NCBI GenBank assembly: GCA_963810095.1
Contig: CAWEMM010000014.1
Span: forward strand, 224,001 to 288,000
Direction of reading: 5' to 3'
DNA length: 64,000 nt
DNA from: an uncultured Chloroflexia bacterium
GTDB taxonomy: Bacteria; Chloroflexota; Anaerolineae; CG2-30-64-16
Below, piece after piece: positions 49,693 through 60,107 of the stretch; position 1 is the stretch's first letter; every line of letters begins with the position of its first letter. The position numbers and the translations under genes were made by a program. The notes below the pieces were generated by a model. It was given only the letters and a program-made list of their open reading frames with translations, ran no database searches and had not been told where the DNA came from.

Positions 49693-50886
49693 CTAGTGGT
49701 CCATCGCCAATAGGAACTCCCGCGAGTAGGCGCGTTCGATAGGATACCGTCCGTATTCCACTCCGGCACGGGCAAGCGCCAGGGCATTCTGGCCCGGCAC
49801 GTCGGCCTGCAGGTTGTGAGTGGGGCACAGAATGTACCCCCCGCCCGGCGCGAACGACTCGATCTTTTGCCGCACCTCGGCGCTGACCTGCTCCTCAGTC
49901 CCGAAGGGGATGACTCCCTGCGTGTCCAACCCGCCGTGGAAGGAGATCCGGTCGCCGTAGGCTTCTTTCAGGCCCAGCGCGTTCATGCCTCGGGCGCGCG
50001 TCTGCACCGGGTCCAGCACGTCGACCCCAATCTCGATCAGGTCCGGGATGATCGGCGCCACCGCGCCGCACGTGTGCAGCATCAGCTTGCACTCGTAGTT
50101 CCCCAGGTCGGCCAGTCGTTCCTTCACCGCACAGTACACGTCGGCCAGGATGGGCTTGACCAGGCTGCGGAACACCCGAGGCGAGATGAGCATGCCCGTC
50201 TGGATTCCGAAATCCTCGCCGCCCAGGCGGACCACCGACAGGTACTTGCCGATGTGCTTCAGCCCTTCCAGATACACCTGCTTCTGGATGGCCGCGACGC
50301 GGGTCATGAGCTCTCGGCAGAAGTCGGGGTCGGTCGCCACGTACATCAGCCAGTCGGCCTGGCCGGCCATGTAGTTGCCCATCTCCCAGATGTTGTCGCC
50401 GAGCCGCCCGCACAGCGCGTAGTCCGTCGTCTTGTACAGGTGTTGCACCTGGTCGCCCACCCCTTCATAGCGGGCGGGGTCCAGTGGATTGGGCCACGCA
50501 TACGCGTCGAGCAATTCGAGCCGTGGCGCCTTGATGGGCCAGTCGTGGATTTCGAACTGGTCGCCCTGGTCGGGCCGGGTCACCTTCCTGAAGGTCACGC
50601 CCCACTCGTCCGACCACTCGTCCATGGCGAAGCTGAAAGGCGCCCGGTTAGCGGGGCCGCGCACGCCGACCCAAACGAAGTCGACGCTCAGACGCTCGAT
50701 CACGTCGAGGCCCGGCTTCACGCGATCCCAGACGTCGGGCTTCAGGACCTCGTCAGGCAGGCCCAGGGCGTGCCGGGCGGCAGCATAAGGCACCTTGGTC
50801 CAGGTGATGTCGATGGGAACGCGGTCGGGCTCCTGATGATTGAGGGCCAGCCGCACGCGCTCTCGGGATGTTAGCTCTGATCTCAT
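49693..50886 (-). CDS. UROD/MtaA-CmuA family protein (paralogue 3)
   Basis: TSRERV..EPDRVP, DEWG, GEDFGIQ, LHTCG, HGGLDTQ, CPTHN. Confidence 0.9.
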   Translation of the reverse strand: MRSELTSRERVRLALNHQEPDRVPIDITWTKVPYAAARHALGLPDEVLKPDVWDRVKPGLDVIERLSVDFVWVGVRGPANRAPFSFAMDEWSDEWGVTFRKVTRPDQGDQFEIHDWPIKAPRLELLDAYAWPNPLDPARYEGVGDQVQHLYKTTDYALCGRLGDNIWEMGNYMAGQADWLMYVATDPDFCRELMTRVAAIQKQVYLEGLKHIGKYLSVVRLGGEDFGIQTGMLISPRVFRSLVKPILADVYCAVKERLADLGNYECKLMLHTCGAVAPIIPDLIEIGVDVLDPVQTRARGMNALGLKEAYGDRISFHGGLDTQGVIPFGTEEQVSAEVRQKIESFAPGGGYILCPTHNLQADVPGQNALALARAGVEYGRYPIERAYSREFLLAMDH

Positions 50887-52043
50887 TACCCGCTCACTGC
50901 CATGGAATGCAAGGGATAGGCGCCATAGGTGCGCCAGCCGTCAAAGAATGCAAGTATGTTCTCGAGCGGCACGTCGTCGCCGATGTTGTGTGATGGGGCC
51001 AGGATGTAGCCGCCGCCCGGACCGAGCTGCTCGATCCGCACGCGCACTTCCTCGCGCACCTCGTCGGGCCGGCCCGCGGGCAGCAGGTGCTGCGCGTCGA
51101 CTCCACCCAGAAAACACAGGCGGTCGCCGTACTCGGCCTTGATGATGGCTGGATCCATTCCCTTTGCGGCCACCTGGATCGGGTTCAGGATGTCGACGCC
51201 GATCTCGACCAGGTCGGGGAGGAACCGGCGGATGGACCCACAGGTGTGATACATGACCCGAACGCGAGGCGAATGAGCCTTGATCGCCCGGATCAGGTCG
51301 GCGTGGGCGGGCTTGAGCAGCGCCCGGTAGGTTGCGGGCGAAATCAGGGGCCCGCCCTGGGTGCCCAAGTCGTCACCCATCTCGACCCATTCGACGAAAT
51401 CGCCGACCGCGTCGAGCTGCGCGAGATATAGCGCCTTCAGCCCCTCCTCCACCCGCCAGAACAGCGCCTCCGCGAACTCGGGCTGGAGCACCATATCGGT
51501 CAGCAGTTGCTCGGTCCCGCGCAGCACCTGGCAAAGTTCGAATAGCCCGTTGTACTTGGGCCGGTAGGCCGCGAGCGCATAGTCGGTCTCGCGGTAAAGC
51601 CGCTGGGCCTCCTCGCGCAGGCCCTCCCACCGGGCCGGGTCGCGCGCATCGGGGAGAGGAAGGTCCGCGAGGCTTTGGATCGTGGCGCCGGCAAGCGGAT
51701 GGTTCGTGTACTCGTACATCATGCCGTCGCCGTGCTCGCGGTAGATCAGCCCCCAGTCGTAGAACCAGCCCCCGCCGGGCGCCGGGTGCTGGCGGAACCC
51801 GGTGGGCGGGCGCATGTACAGGAAGCGCACGTCTGTGCCCAGCGCATCGAGCACCCGGTTGTCAAGGCGCATCAACTGCGGCCCCACCAGCACAGCCGGT
51901 GTCTCGCCCCGGATGCTGAAATGCTGCTTGAGAAGCTCGATGCGTGACTCGGTGATCTTGCCGCCCGTCCCGCCCACGCAGACCGGGACCCGGTCCGGCT
52001 CTCGATGCTCCAGCGCGGCGCGTACACGCTCGCGCGATGTCAT
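50886..52043 (-). CDS. UROD/MtaA-CmuA family protein (paralogue 4)
   Basis: MTSRERV..EPDRVP, DWG, GDDLGTQ, YHTCG, GGVDAQ, APSHN. Confidence 0.9.
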   Translation of the reverse strand: MTSRERVRAALEHREPDRVPVCVGGTGGKITESRIELLKQHFSIRGETPAVLVGPQLMRLDNRVLDALGTDVRFLYMRPPTGFRQHPAPGGGWFYDWGLIYREHGDGMMYEYTNHPLAGATIQSLADLPLPDARDPARWEGLREEAQRLYRETDYALAAYRPKYNGLFELCQVLRGTEQLLTDMVLQPEFAEALFWRVEEGLKALYLAQLDAVGDFVEWVEMGDDLGTQGGPLISPATYRALLKPAHADLIRAIKAHSPRVRVMYHTCGSIRRFLPDLVEIGVDILNPIQVAAKGMDPAIIKAEYGDRLCFLGGVDAQHLLPAGRPDEVREEVRVRIEQLGPGGGYILAPSHNIGDDVPLENILAFFDGWRTYGAYPLHSMAVSG

Positions 52044-52065
52044 GGCGCACATAGCGCGCCGCCTC

Positions 52066-53339
52066 CTAGCGGCCCAGCAGAGAGAACAGCTTGTACAGCA
52101 CCCAGATGCGCAGGTCGCCGCCCCCGTCCCAGCTGGTGACCTGGACGCCTGCCGCCGCCAGGTCCTTCGGGATGATGCCGTAGAGATTGGCCCAGAAGGT
52201 GTAGGGCTCTGCCATGGCGGTCGCGGCAAGCCCGTAGAGCACGACCAGGACCGAGCAGATGATCAGGTTGTGGATGATATTGCCCTTGGTCCAGCCGGTG
52301 ATGTGGGCCATCCACCACTGGATGATTTGCACGCTGATGACGGGGAACAAGCCAATGCCGGGCACGAACACGGAGAGCAGAAACGCGATGGGGTACATTA
52401 GCGTGGTCGACACGCCGACGCTCGGATGACCCAGCAGAACGCTGGTGTCGACCGCGACGTATATCTCGCGCTTGCCCTTGAAGAACTTGACCAGGAGTCT
52501 ACGCATGCCCTCGTTGAAGACGGACCAGCCCTCGAACGTGACGCCGAGCGCCATCGGCCAGACGTGGAACATCATGCCCGAGACGATGCCCACGAGCATG
52601 GCCCGCAGGATGTCAAACCCGGCGAGCAGGCCGAGGACAAGGCCGGTGATGAACCCGAGCACCAGCGGCTCGGCGAAGAAGCCCAGCCTCTCCTGGACCT
52701 TGTCGCCCTGGATGTTCCAGCTCTTGAGCCCCGGAATGCGGGCGAGAATCCAGGCAAGGGGAACGGCGACGATGAAGGCATTCTGCGAGTTGGGGAAGCT
52801 GGCGGAAGATGAGAACTCGTGGAAGTCCTGGAGGCGCTTGGCGTTCCAGTCGGCCAGCAGCACGTCGCTGATCAGGAAGATGATCATGGCGACGGTGCCC
52901 CAGATGTAGCTCTTGGTCACGTACCACACGACCATGCCGGTCCAGACCCCGCGCCACATGCAGGGGAAATCGACGTACAGGGTCTTGGTGACGCGAACCA
53001 GATCAGCCCGATGTTCACCCCGACGAAGATCAGGATATTGATCCAGATCATCGGGTTGACCAGCACCATGGCTGCGTTGGTCCAGCCGACGTCGACGAGG
53101 GTTAGCTTGCTGAAGGAGCCGCCCAGGCGCTGGGCCGCGCCCTGGACGGCGGGATTGAAGAAGGTGATTGCCAGGTAGCTGATCGCGATCATGGCAAGCG
53201 AGCCCATGGCTACCTTGATGCCGCCCTGGATGCCTTTCTTGACGGGTTGGCGAATGATGACGGACAAGAGGAAGACGACGATGGTGCTGGCTGCGATGGC
53301 GGGGATCGCCATGCCATTGTTGAGAAAGTCGAGGTTCAT
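52066..53339 (-). CDS. PTS galactitol-family IIC component (GatC-like); frameshift near 52995
   Basis: LVDVGW, KTLYVDF..W across frameshift, ERLGFFAEP..GF..G, IYVAVD..GHP, TKGNII. Confidence 0.82.
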
Positions 53340-53425
53340 ACAGCCCCTCCTGAGCCGCTTAGGGTGGATGAGTGGATCCCGACAGAAGCTGTAAATGGCG
53401 CGGTCAAGCATGCCGGCGCGGCGCC

Positions 53426-53502
53426 TCACACAAAGAACCGAAGAACTCAAAGTTTCGCAAAGGCGCTTTGTGAACCTTCGCTGTCCTCGGTCCTTTGTGT
53501 GA
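53426..53502. repeat. Long imperfect palindrome with ~9-bp periodic arms (REP-like)
   Basis: TCACACAAAGAACCGAAGA..TTCGCAAAG-GCG-CTTTGTGAA..TCCTCGGTCCTTTGTGTGA. Confidence 0.7.
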
Positions 53503-53544
53503 ACAATCTCCAGCCGGAATGCCACGTTGCGGCGGTGCGAGCGA

Positions 53545-53832
53545 CTAATTGGCCCGGACGAGCCGGACGACCTCGTCCAGCGCGTCGTCGCCGTCGAGGC
53601 CCATGACGAACTCCGAGCCGTCGATAATGGGGACGCCCAGGTTCTGGCGGATCTTGACGGTCGTAACGACGCACAGGGCATCCTGCGCGGCCGTCGCCAG
53701 CTCAGGCACCTTCGCGCAGACGACTTCCACGCCGGTGATCTTTTCTTTTTTGAGGCGTTCTCGCACCTTTTCGGCCACGAGCGGCGCCATCGAGGCAGCC
53801 AGACCGCAGGCAGTGACGATCTTCTTTGACAT
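53545..53832 (-). CDS. PTS galactitol-family IIB component
   Basis: KKIVTACG phosphorylatable Cys, ~95 aa, VVTT. Confidence 0.85.
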   Translation of the reverse strand: MSKKIVTACGLAASMAPLVAEKVRERLKKEKITGVEVVCAKVPELATAAQDALCVVTTVKIRQNLGVPIIDGSEFVMGLDGDDALDEVVRLVRAN

Positions 53833-53845
53833 CGAATCCTCTCCT

Positions 53846-54331
53846 TTAAGGCATGGACTGGGCAAGCTCGGCGTTGACCTGGCTTGCGATCTGGGCAGCG
53901 TCAGTGGAAGCGTAGAGACGGCGCAGTGCCGCCTCCTCCCGGTAGACCGAAACGAGCGAGCGCAGCAGGTAGACCTGCGCCTCGGGCTCGGTTACCGACA
54001 ACATAAACACGATTGAAACGTCGAGTTGGCTCTCGGGATCGCCGAGCTGCCCAAACAGTACCGGATGGGCGAGGGTGGCGATCCCAATTCCCGGCTTGAG
54101 CGTATGCTCAATGTCCGCATGGGGGATTGCGGTGCCCAAACCGGGCGTGGGGAGCCCGGTAGGCGACGTCTGCTCGCGCACGATGGCTGCCGTGATGAAG
54201 CTCGGCAGGACGTAGCCATGCTCGACCATCACGCGGCCCAGTCGCTCGATGACCTCGTCGGGGGTTGCCGCTTGCAGGCGGACGATGACGAGCTCCTCGG
54301 GCACCCGGAACGGCGCTTTTGCGGCAGCCAT
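53846..54331 (-). CDS. PTS IIA component (fructose/galactitol EIIA-2 type)
   Basis: REQTSPTGL, TAIPH with phospho-His. Confidence 0.9.
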   Translation of the reverse strand: MAAAKAPFRVPEELVIVRLQAATPDEVIERLGRVMVEHGYVLPSFITAAIVREQTSPTGLPTPGLGTAIPHADIEHTLKPGIGIATLAHPVLFGQLGDPESQLDVSIVFMLSVTEPEAQVYLLRSLVSVYREEAALRRLYASTDAAQIASQVNAELAQSMP

Positions 54332-54334
54332 CGC

Positions 54335-55459
54335 TCAGCGTGCCTCCATGTTCGCCGTTGCCACCAGCTTCGACGTGGCCGCGTCGAAGACATACATGCG
54401 GCAGTGTTCGAAGGTCAGCCACAACGGCAGGCCGACCGGCGCGCTGGACAAGCAATCGGAGATCAACTCGACCAGGTGCTCGCCAAACTGCGCCGTGACG
54501 ATGGGCGTATGGCCCGAGTGCTCGACCGCATAGACGCTTGCGGGGATCGAATGCGGCGCCTCGTTGAGATCGCAGGCGACGTCTGGCGGGCGGACGCCGA
54601 TGAGAACTTCCTGGCCCACGCCGCTGTCGACGAGCGCATCCTTCGTGCAGTCGTCGAGCGGAATGAGGTGGCCGGCCAGGTCGAACGCCATGTGGCCGTC
54701 TGTGGAGACAAGGCGGGCCGGCAAAACGTTCATCGTCTGGTCGCCGCCGAAGCGCGCCACGTCAACGGACACCGGGCGCTCGTACAGGTCGCGGGGCGAC
54801 CCGATTTGCTGCACCTTGCCGGCGAAGATGACGACGATCCGGTCGGCCATCGCCATCGCCTCGGTCTGCGCGGGGGTGGCGTAGATGGTCGTCGTGCCCC
54901 GGTCGTGCTGGATGCGCTTGAGCTCCGCGTACATGCGGTGGCGCAGCTTGGCGTCGAGGTGCGCGATCGGCTCGTCGAGCAGGGTGACGGCGGGCTCGCG
55001 GATCAGGCAGCGCCCCAGCGCCACGCGCTGCCGCTGTCCACCGCTCAGCTCGCGGGGCGTGCGCTTCAGCAGCATGTCGATCTGGAGCACCTGGCTGATT
55101 TCCTTCACCCGGCGCTCGATATCTTCCTTGCTGTACTGCCCGCGGCGGCTGGGCACGTTGAGCGGGAACGCCATGTTTTCAAAGACGGACATGTGCGGAT
55201 AGAGCGCGTAGTTCTCGAACGCCATGGACACATTGCGCTCGGCCGTGTCCACGTCGTTCATCGGGCGATCGTCGAAGCAGATCGTGCCGCCGTCGAGCGG
55301 TTCCAGCCCGGCTATCAGCTTGAGCGTGGTCGTCTTACCCGCACCGGCCGGCCCAAAAATCACGAGGAACTCGCCCTGGTTGGCCGTGATGCTCATGTCG
55401 GAGACCGCGGCGACCTTGCCGTAACGTTTTGTAACGCCATCGAGCGTGATTACAGCCAT
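54335..55459 (-). CDS. Carbohydrate ABC transporter ATP-binding protein (MalK-like) 2
   Basis: [28 protein letters not shown]. Confidence 0.92.
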   Translation of the reverse strand: MAVITLDGVTKRYGKVAAVSDMSITANQGEFLVIFGPAGAGKTTTLKLIAGLEPLDGGTICFDDRPMNDVDTAERNVSMAFENYALYPHMSVFENMAFPLNVPSRRGQYSKEDIERRVKEISQVLQIDMLLKRTPRELSGGQRQRVALGRCLIREPAVTLLDEPIAHLDAKLRHRMYAELKRIQHDRGTTTIYATPAQTEAMAMADRIVVIFAGKVQQIGSPRDLYERPVSVDVARFGGDQTMNVLPARLVSTDGHMAFDLAGHLIPLDDCTKDALVDSGVGQEVLIGVRPPDVACDLNEAPHSIPASVYAVEHSGHTPIVTAQFGEHLVELISDCLSSAPVGLPLWLTFEHCRMYVFDAATSKLVATANMEAR

Positions 55460-56588
55460 GTCTGTGCTCCTCCGCCGTCGCCTGATCGCGGCGCACTGAC
55501 GAGGTTTTGGCCGGTCTGTGCGTCGAAAAAGTGCAGGTGGTTGCCGAACTCCAGGAAGATAGGCTGCTTGGTAGCCGGGAAGAAGTCGGAGCCCGAGACT
55601 GCGAGCAGAACTTCGGAGCCCACCCGGGCCGTCACCACATTGTAATCTCCGTGCGGCTCGAGCCCGTACACTTCGGCCGCCACGCCTGCGCCGCCCGGCG
55701 CCCCCCGCGGGTTGACGTGCAGCGGCCGGACGCCCAGCGTCAGGTCCGTCTTGTTCGCCCGGTCGAGCGCGGCCACTGTCGCCGGGTTCTGAACCGGCAG
55801 GCAGAGTCCATTCGACTGGAACAACAGTTGGTCCTGCTCGCGGCGCACCTGGCCCTTGACGATGTTCATCGGCGGCTCGCCGATGAAGCCGGCGACGAAG
55901 AGGTTGGACGGGTGGTCGAACAGCTCTGCGGGCGTGCCCGCCTGCATGACGACGCCGAGGTCCATGACGACGATGCGGTCGGCCATCGCCATGGCCTCGA
56001 TCTGGTCGTGGGTCACATAGAGCATCGTGGTGCCCAGGCTGCTCTGGAGGTGCTTGATCTCCTTGCGCATGCGGCGGCGGAGCGTCTCGTCCAGGTGCGA
56101 GATGGGCTCGTCGAACAGGAACACGGCCGGCTCGCGCACGATGGCCCGCGCGAATCGAAACGCGTTGCTTCTGCCCGTCGCCCAACTCCGAGGGGTAGCG
56201 GTCGAGGATGCCTTGCAGGTCGACGACCTCGGACGCGTGCGCCACCCGCTGCTTGATCTGCTCATCCTTGATTTCGCGGACGCGCAGGGGGAAGGCGATG
56301 TTGTCGAAGACGGTCAGGTGGGGGTAGAGGCCATAGGACTCGTAGACCATGGCGATATCGCGCTCGGCGGGGCTTGAGGTCGTTGACCACCCGGTCGCCG
56401 ATGGTGATCTCGCCGGCCGTGATGTCCTCGAGCCCGGCGACCATGCGGAGGGAGGTCGTCTTGCCGCAGCCGGAAGGCCCGAGCAGCGCCAGGAACTCGT
56501 GATCCTTGACCACGAGGTTAAGGTCGCGGACGGCGATGACCTTCTTGTTGTAGATCTTCCAGATCTTGGAAAAGTTGATGGATGCCAC
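55450..56588 (-). CDS. Carbohydrate ABC transporter ATP-binding protein (MalK-like) 1; frameshifts near 56370 and 56160
   Basis: GPSGCGKT, YGLYPHL, degenerate LGDGQKQR, FDEP, YVTHDQ across three frames. Confidence 0.85.
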
Positions 56589-56604
56589 TGCCGCTCTCCT
56601 CCCG

Positions 56605-57534
56605 CTAACCCTTCACCGCACCCAGCGTCAGGCCGCGGACAAGATACTTCTGGATGGCGATCGCCAGGATCAGGACCGGCACCACCGTGAGCAGGACGGC
56701 GCCCGACATGGGCCCCCACATCATGCCCGTGAATGTCCGGTATAACGTCAGGCGCACGACGGCTGTCTGGTGCTCGCCGCTCGTCAGCAGGGAACTGAAG
56801 AGGTAGTTGTTCCAGCTGAAGATGAAGCACAAGAATCCGGTAGCGACCAGGCCCGGGCGGACGAGGGGCAGGATGATGCGCCAGAACGTCCAGGTGCCCG
56901 ACGCCCCGTCGACCTTCGCCGACTGCTCGATCTCGACCGGGATGTCTTTGAAGAACCCGAGCATGATCAGGACGACCAGCGGCAACGTGATGAGCTGGAG
57001 CACCAGCCACATGCCCCAATAGGTGTTGTAGAGGTGGATCTTGTTGTACAACACGAACAGGGGAATGATGATCAGCAGGGGCGGCATGAAGTACAGGCTG
57101 AGATAGAAGAAATGGATGTCGCCCTTCTGCTTGAAGTTGTACCGGGCCAACACGTAGGCCACCGGCGTGCCCAGCAGCAGCGCGATAAACACTGCCGGGA
57201 TGGTAACCAACAGGCTGTTGGTGATGGCCTGGATGAAGTCGACGCCCGTGAGGGAGGCCGGCCCGGCAAAGACTTCCTTCCAGTTGTCCATGGTCGTGAG
57301 GAAGCCAAACAGCTTGGGCGTCTTAGTGTAGATCTCGCTCTCAGCCTTGAACGCCAGCGTGAAGGTCCAGTAGATCGGCAGGAGCGAGAAGAGGCTGTAG
57401 GCGATCAAGGCGACATAGGTGAGGACCTTGCCGATGACCGCCGAGGCGCTGAACGCCGTCTTGTGGATCTGGAGCCCGGCAAGTTCCGCCTGGGACAACC
57501 CTTCGATATTACCGAGTCCTTCGATAACAGCCAT
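56605..57534 (-). CDS. Carbohydrate ABC transporter permease (MalG-like)
   Basis: EAA loop IPVEIEQSAKVDGAS, FIFSWN, GLTLGAVKG. Confidence 0.95.
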   Translation of the reverse strand: MAVIEGLGNIEGLSQAELAGLQIHKTAFSASAVIGKVLTYVALIAYSLFSLLPIYWTFTLAFKAESEIYTKTPKLFGFLTTMDNWKEVFAGPASLTGVDFIQAITNSLLVTIPAVFIALLLGTPVAYVLARYNFKQKGDIHFFYLSLYFMPPLLIIIPLFVLYNKIHLYNTYWGMWLVLQLITLPLVVLIMLGFFKDIPVEIEQSAKVDGASGTWTFWRIILPLVRPGLVATGFLCFIFSWNNYLFSSLLTSGEHQTAVVRLTLYRTFTGMMWGPMSGAVLLTVVPVLILAIAIQKYLVRGLTLGAVKG

Positions 57535-57544
57535 GTCGAACTCC

Positions 57545-58423
57545 TTACGCCCAGCTTCGCGAGACGCGGTTGAACAGCTTCTTCGAAATGATCAAGACCA
57601 CGAAGAAGAGGAACACGCAGTAGGCGCCGGCCTGGCCGAGCAGCATGTTGCGGTAACCCGTGATCGAGGCTTGCAAGCTGAGCGTCGTCGTTACATCACC
57701 CGGTCCACCGCGGGTCGCCACCTGGATCACCTCATATCCGTTGAGGGCCAGCACCAGGCGGAACAGCAGCACGAGGAAGATGGTGGGCATGAGCTGGGGC
57801 AGCGTGACCATGCGGAAGGTTTTCCAGCTGCTCGCACCGTCGACCTCGGCCACCTCGTACTGGAGGCGCGGGATGGATTGCAGGCCGGCGAGCAGGATCA
57901 GCGCCACGAACGGGGTGAAGTGGTAAACGTCGATGGCGACTACCGAATAGAGCGCGATGCCTGAGTCGGAGAGCCATGCAGGCGCGTTAATGCCGATGCC
58001 GCGCAAGGCGTAGTTGACCCAACCGAGGCTGGGGTCGAGCAGCGATTGCCACATGAGCGCGCCGGTTGCGGGCGGCAGCATCAGCGGCAGGAGGATCAGA
58101 ATCCGGAACAGCCAGCGCCCCCTGATCGGCTTGTTCATGAGGAGCGCAAGGCCAAACCCGAGCAACATCTCGATGCCCACCGCGAGGACGACGTATTGCA
58201 GGCTGACCCAGGCGGCGTGCCAGAAGACCCTGCTCGTGAACATCTTGATGTAGTTGTCAAACCAGATGAATTTGGAGGCGGATCCATTGAGGAGGGTGTT
58301 CGTCAGGCTGGTGTAAAAGGCGTAAAGAATGGGGTAGATGGCGATGAACATCACCAGGATAATGCTGGGCAGGGCCAGGAGCACCGGGGCCCGCGCCTTC
58401 ATGCGCTTCATTGAGATACTCAT
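57545..58423 (-). CDS. Carbohydrate ABC transporter permease (MalF-like)
   Basis: LAGLQSIP..YEVAEVDGAS, TLPQL, TRGGPG. Confidence 0.95.
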   Translation of the reverse strand: MSISMKRMKARAPVLLALPSIILVMFIAIYPILYAFYTSLTNTLLNGSASKFIWFDNYIKMFTSRVFWHAAWVSLQYVVLAVGIEMLLGFGLALLMNKPIRGRWLFRILILLPLMLPPATGALMWQSLLDPSLGWVNYALRGIGINAPAWLSDSGIALYSVVAIDVYHFTPFVALILLAGLQSIPRLQYEVAEVDGASSWKTFRMVTLPQLMPTIFLVLLFRLVLALNGYEVIQVATRGGPGDVTTTLSLQASITGYRNMLLGQAGAYCVFLFFVVLIISKKLFNRVSRSWA

Positions 58424-58583
58424 GCTCGCTCTCCATCGTACGGGCGACTGTGCCAGCGCCGCTGGCCGAGACTGGACTATTCCACCCCCTGGTCCCACGA
58501 TTCGATCACACCGCGCCGGCGGCGGCCTGGTTCTGCCCACCGGGCAGCCGCCAGCGCAGCATGATAGAGACAGGAGGAGCCTG

Positions 58584-60107
58584 TTACTTGTTCTTCTGTG
58601 CGGCTAGCTTCTCGTAGAAGCCGGCGTCCTTCAGGATTTTCTCGGACTCGACCACGGCGGCGTCAAGCGCCTCTTTCGCGGTCTTGTCGCCCTGGACGAC
58701 CTGCTGGATGGCGACGACCCACGGCCCGGTCATGGCGACCATCTGCGGGCTGACCGTGTAGAAGTTGCCCCAGTACTGGCGGGATTTGTCCACGGCGTCG
58801 CGGTAGTTGCCCCAGTCCTTCGTGATGTTCATGATGCCTTCGCCTTCCCAGGTGGACTTGCGCACCGGGATCATGGCGTGCTGGCATGCGCTCACGACCT
58901 TCATGACTGGCTTGCTGGTGGCCCACTGCAGGAACAGCCAGGCCGCGTCCGGGTGGACGGCCTTCTTGTTGACCGACCAGGCCCAGTACCACACGGGGAT
59001 GCGGACGTCGCCGGTGGGGCCGGCAGGGGGGTTACCGTAGATCATCTTGCCCGCGACCTTCGACTTCGCGGGATTCTCGTAGGTGTCTGCGAAGGCCATG
59101 TCGTCGATGGTGCAGCCCACCTGGCCCGAAGCCATGTTGGCCACGACCATGTCCCAGCCGATCTGGGTCTGGCCGGGAGGTCCGAACTTGCGCAGGGTGT
59201 CGCCGTAGAGCTGCGTGTATTTCACGCAATCCGGGCAGTTGTAGACCGGTTTGCCGTTCTCGTCGAGGTCGGTCTTCGAGTTGGCGAAGAAGCCGGGGGC
59301 ATAACCGTACATCAGGCTGTAGTCGCGCGCGCCGCGCTGCACCACGCCGTACTCACCGTTAGCCGTCATCTTCTCAGCCGCGGCGGCCCACTCGTCCCAG
59401 GTCTTGGGCGGCCCGCTCAGGCCGGCCTTGGCGAGCTTGTCCTTGTTGCAGATCAGCATGAGCGGTTCGGAGTTGACCGGGATCGCGTTCTGCTGGCCCT
59501 TGCCATAGGTGCCAATGCCATACTGGCCGTTCCAGGCGTGGGCATCCCAGTCGGCAGGGAAGAAATCCTTGACGTCGTACCATGCAAGGTCGGTGAGCTT
59601 GGGATCGTTGAGGAACTTGTTGAGGTCCTCGGTCCAGCCGGCTTCCGAATAGGCCCATTCGAACTCGGTGCCGTTCTGGATCAAGTCATAGAAGCCGGTG
59701 CCGCCCTGGAGGTCGGCCGCCGTCTTGGTCCAGAACTCTTCCACGGGCAGGATGTCGTAGACGACGTTGATGCCCGTCAGCTCGGTGAACATCGGGACGT
59801 AGGGCCGCAAGGCGTTGATGTAGGGGTGCGACAGCGCGGCAACGTGGATGGTGATGGGGCCCCCGTTCGCTGTGACGGGCGCTTTCCAGTCGATCTTGGC
59901 GTTAGTGAAGTCTTCCATCTTGAGGTCGCCGCACGCGTTGGCGGCTGCTGCGGCTGCAGGCGCCGCGGTCGCGGCCGGGGCGGCCGCTTCCTGTTTGGCA
60001 GGAGCTTGAGTGGCGGCAGGGGCTGGTGCTGGCGCCGGTTGGGCACAGGCGCTGAGTATGAGCACCAGCGTTAGAAGCACAAAGAACGTTCGCTTCGCCG
60101 GGAACAT
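58584..60107 (-). CDS. Sugar ABC transporter substrate-binding lipoprotein
   Basis: Lipobox LSAC, Pro/Ala linker, FTELTGI, PKTWDE, AAWLFLQW. Confidence 0.93.
   Translation of the reverse strand: MFPAKRTFFVLLTLVLILSACAQPAPAPAPAATQAPAKQEAAAPAATAAPAAAAAANACGDLKMEDFTNAKIDWKAPVTANGGPITIHVAALSHPYINALRPYVPMFTELTGINVVYDILPVEEFWTKTAADLQGGTGFYDLIQNGTEFEWAYSEAGWTEDLNKFLNDPKLTDLAWYDVKDFFPADWDAHAWNGQYGIGTYGKGQQNAIPVNSEPLMLICNKDKLAKAGLSGPPKTWDEWAAAAEKMTANGEYGVVQRGARDYSLMYGYAPGFFANSKTDLDENGKPVYNCPDCVKYTQLYGDTLRKFGPPGQTQIGWDMVVANMASGQVGCTIDDMAFADTYENPAKSKVAGKMIYGNPPAGPTGDVRIPVWYWAWSVNKKAVHPDAAWLFLQWATSKPVMKVVSACQHAMIPVRKSTWEGEGIMNITKDWGNYRDAVDKSRQYWGNFYTVSPQMVAMTGPWVVAIQQVVQGDKTAKEALDAAVVESEKILKDAGFYEKLAAQKNK

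Noticed and set aside
54335-57019. 894-aa ORF as a giant ABC fusion protein
   Set aside because: Artefact of GC-rich shadow frames and frameshifts; resolves into two MalK-like genes and a permease
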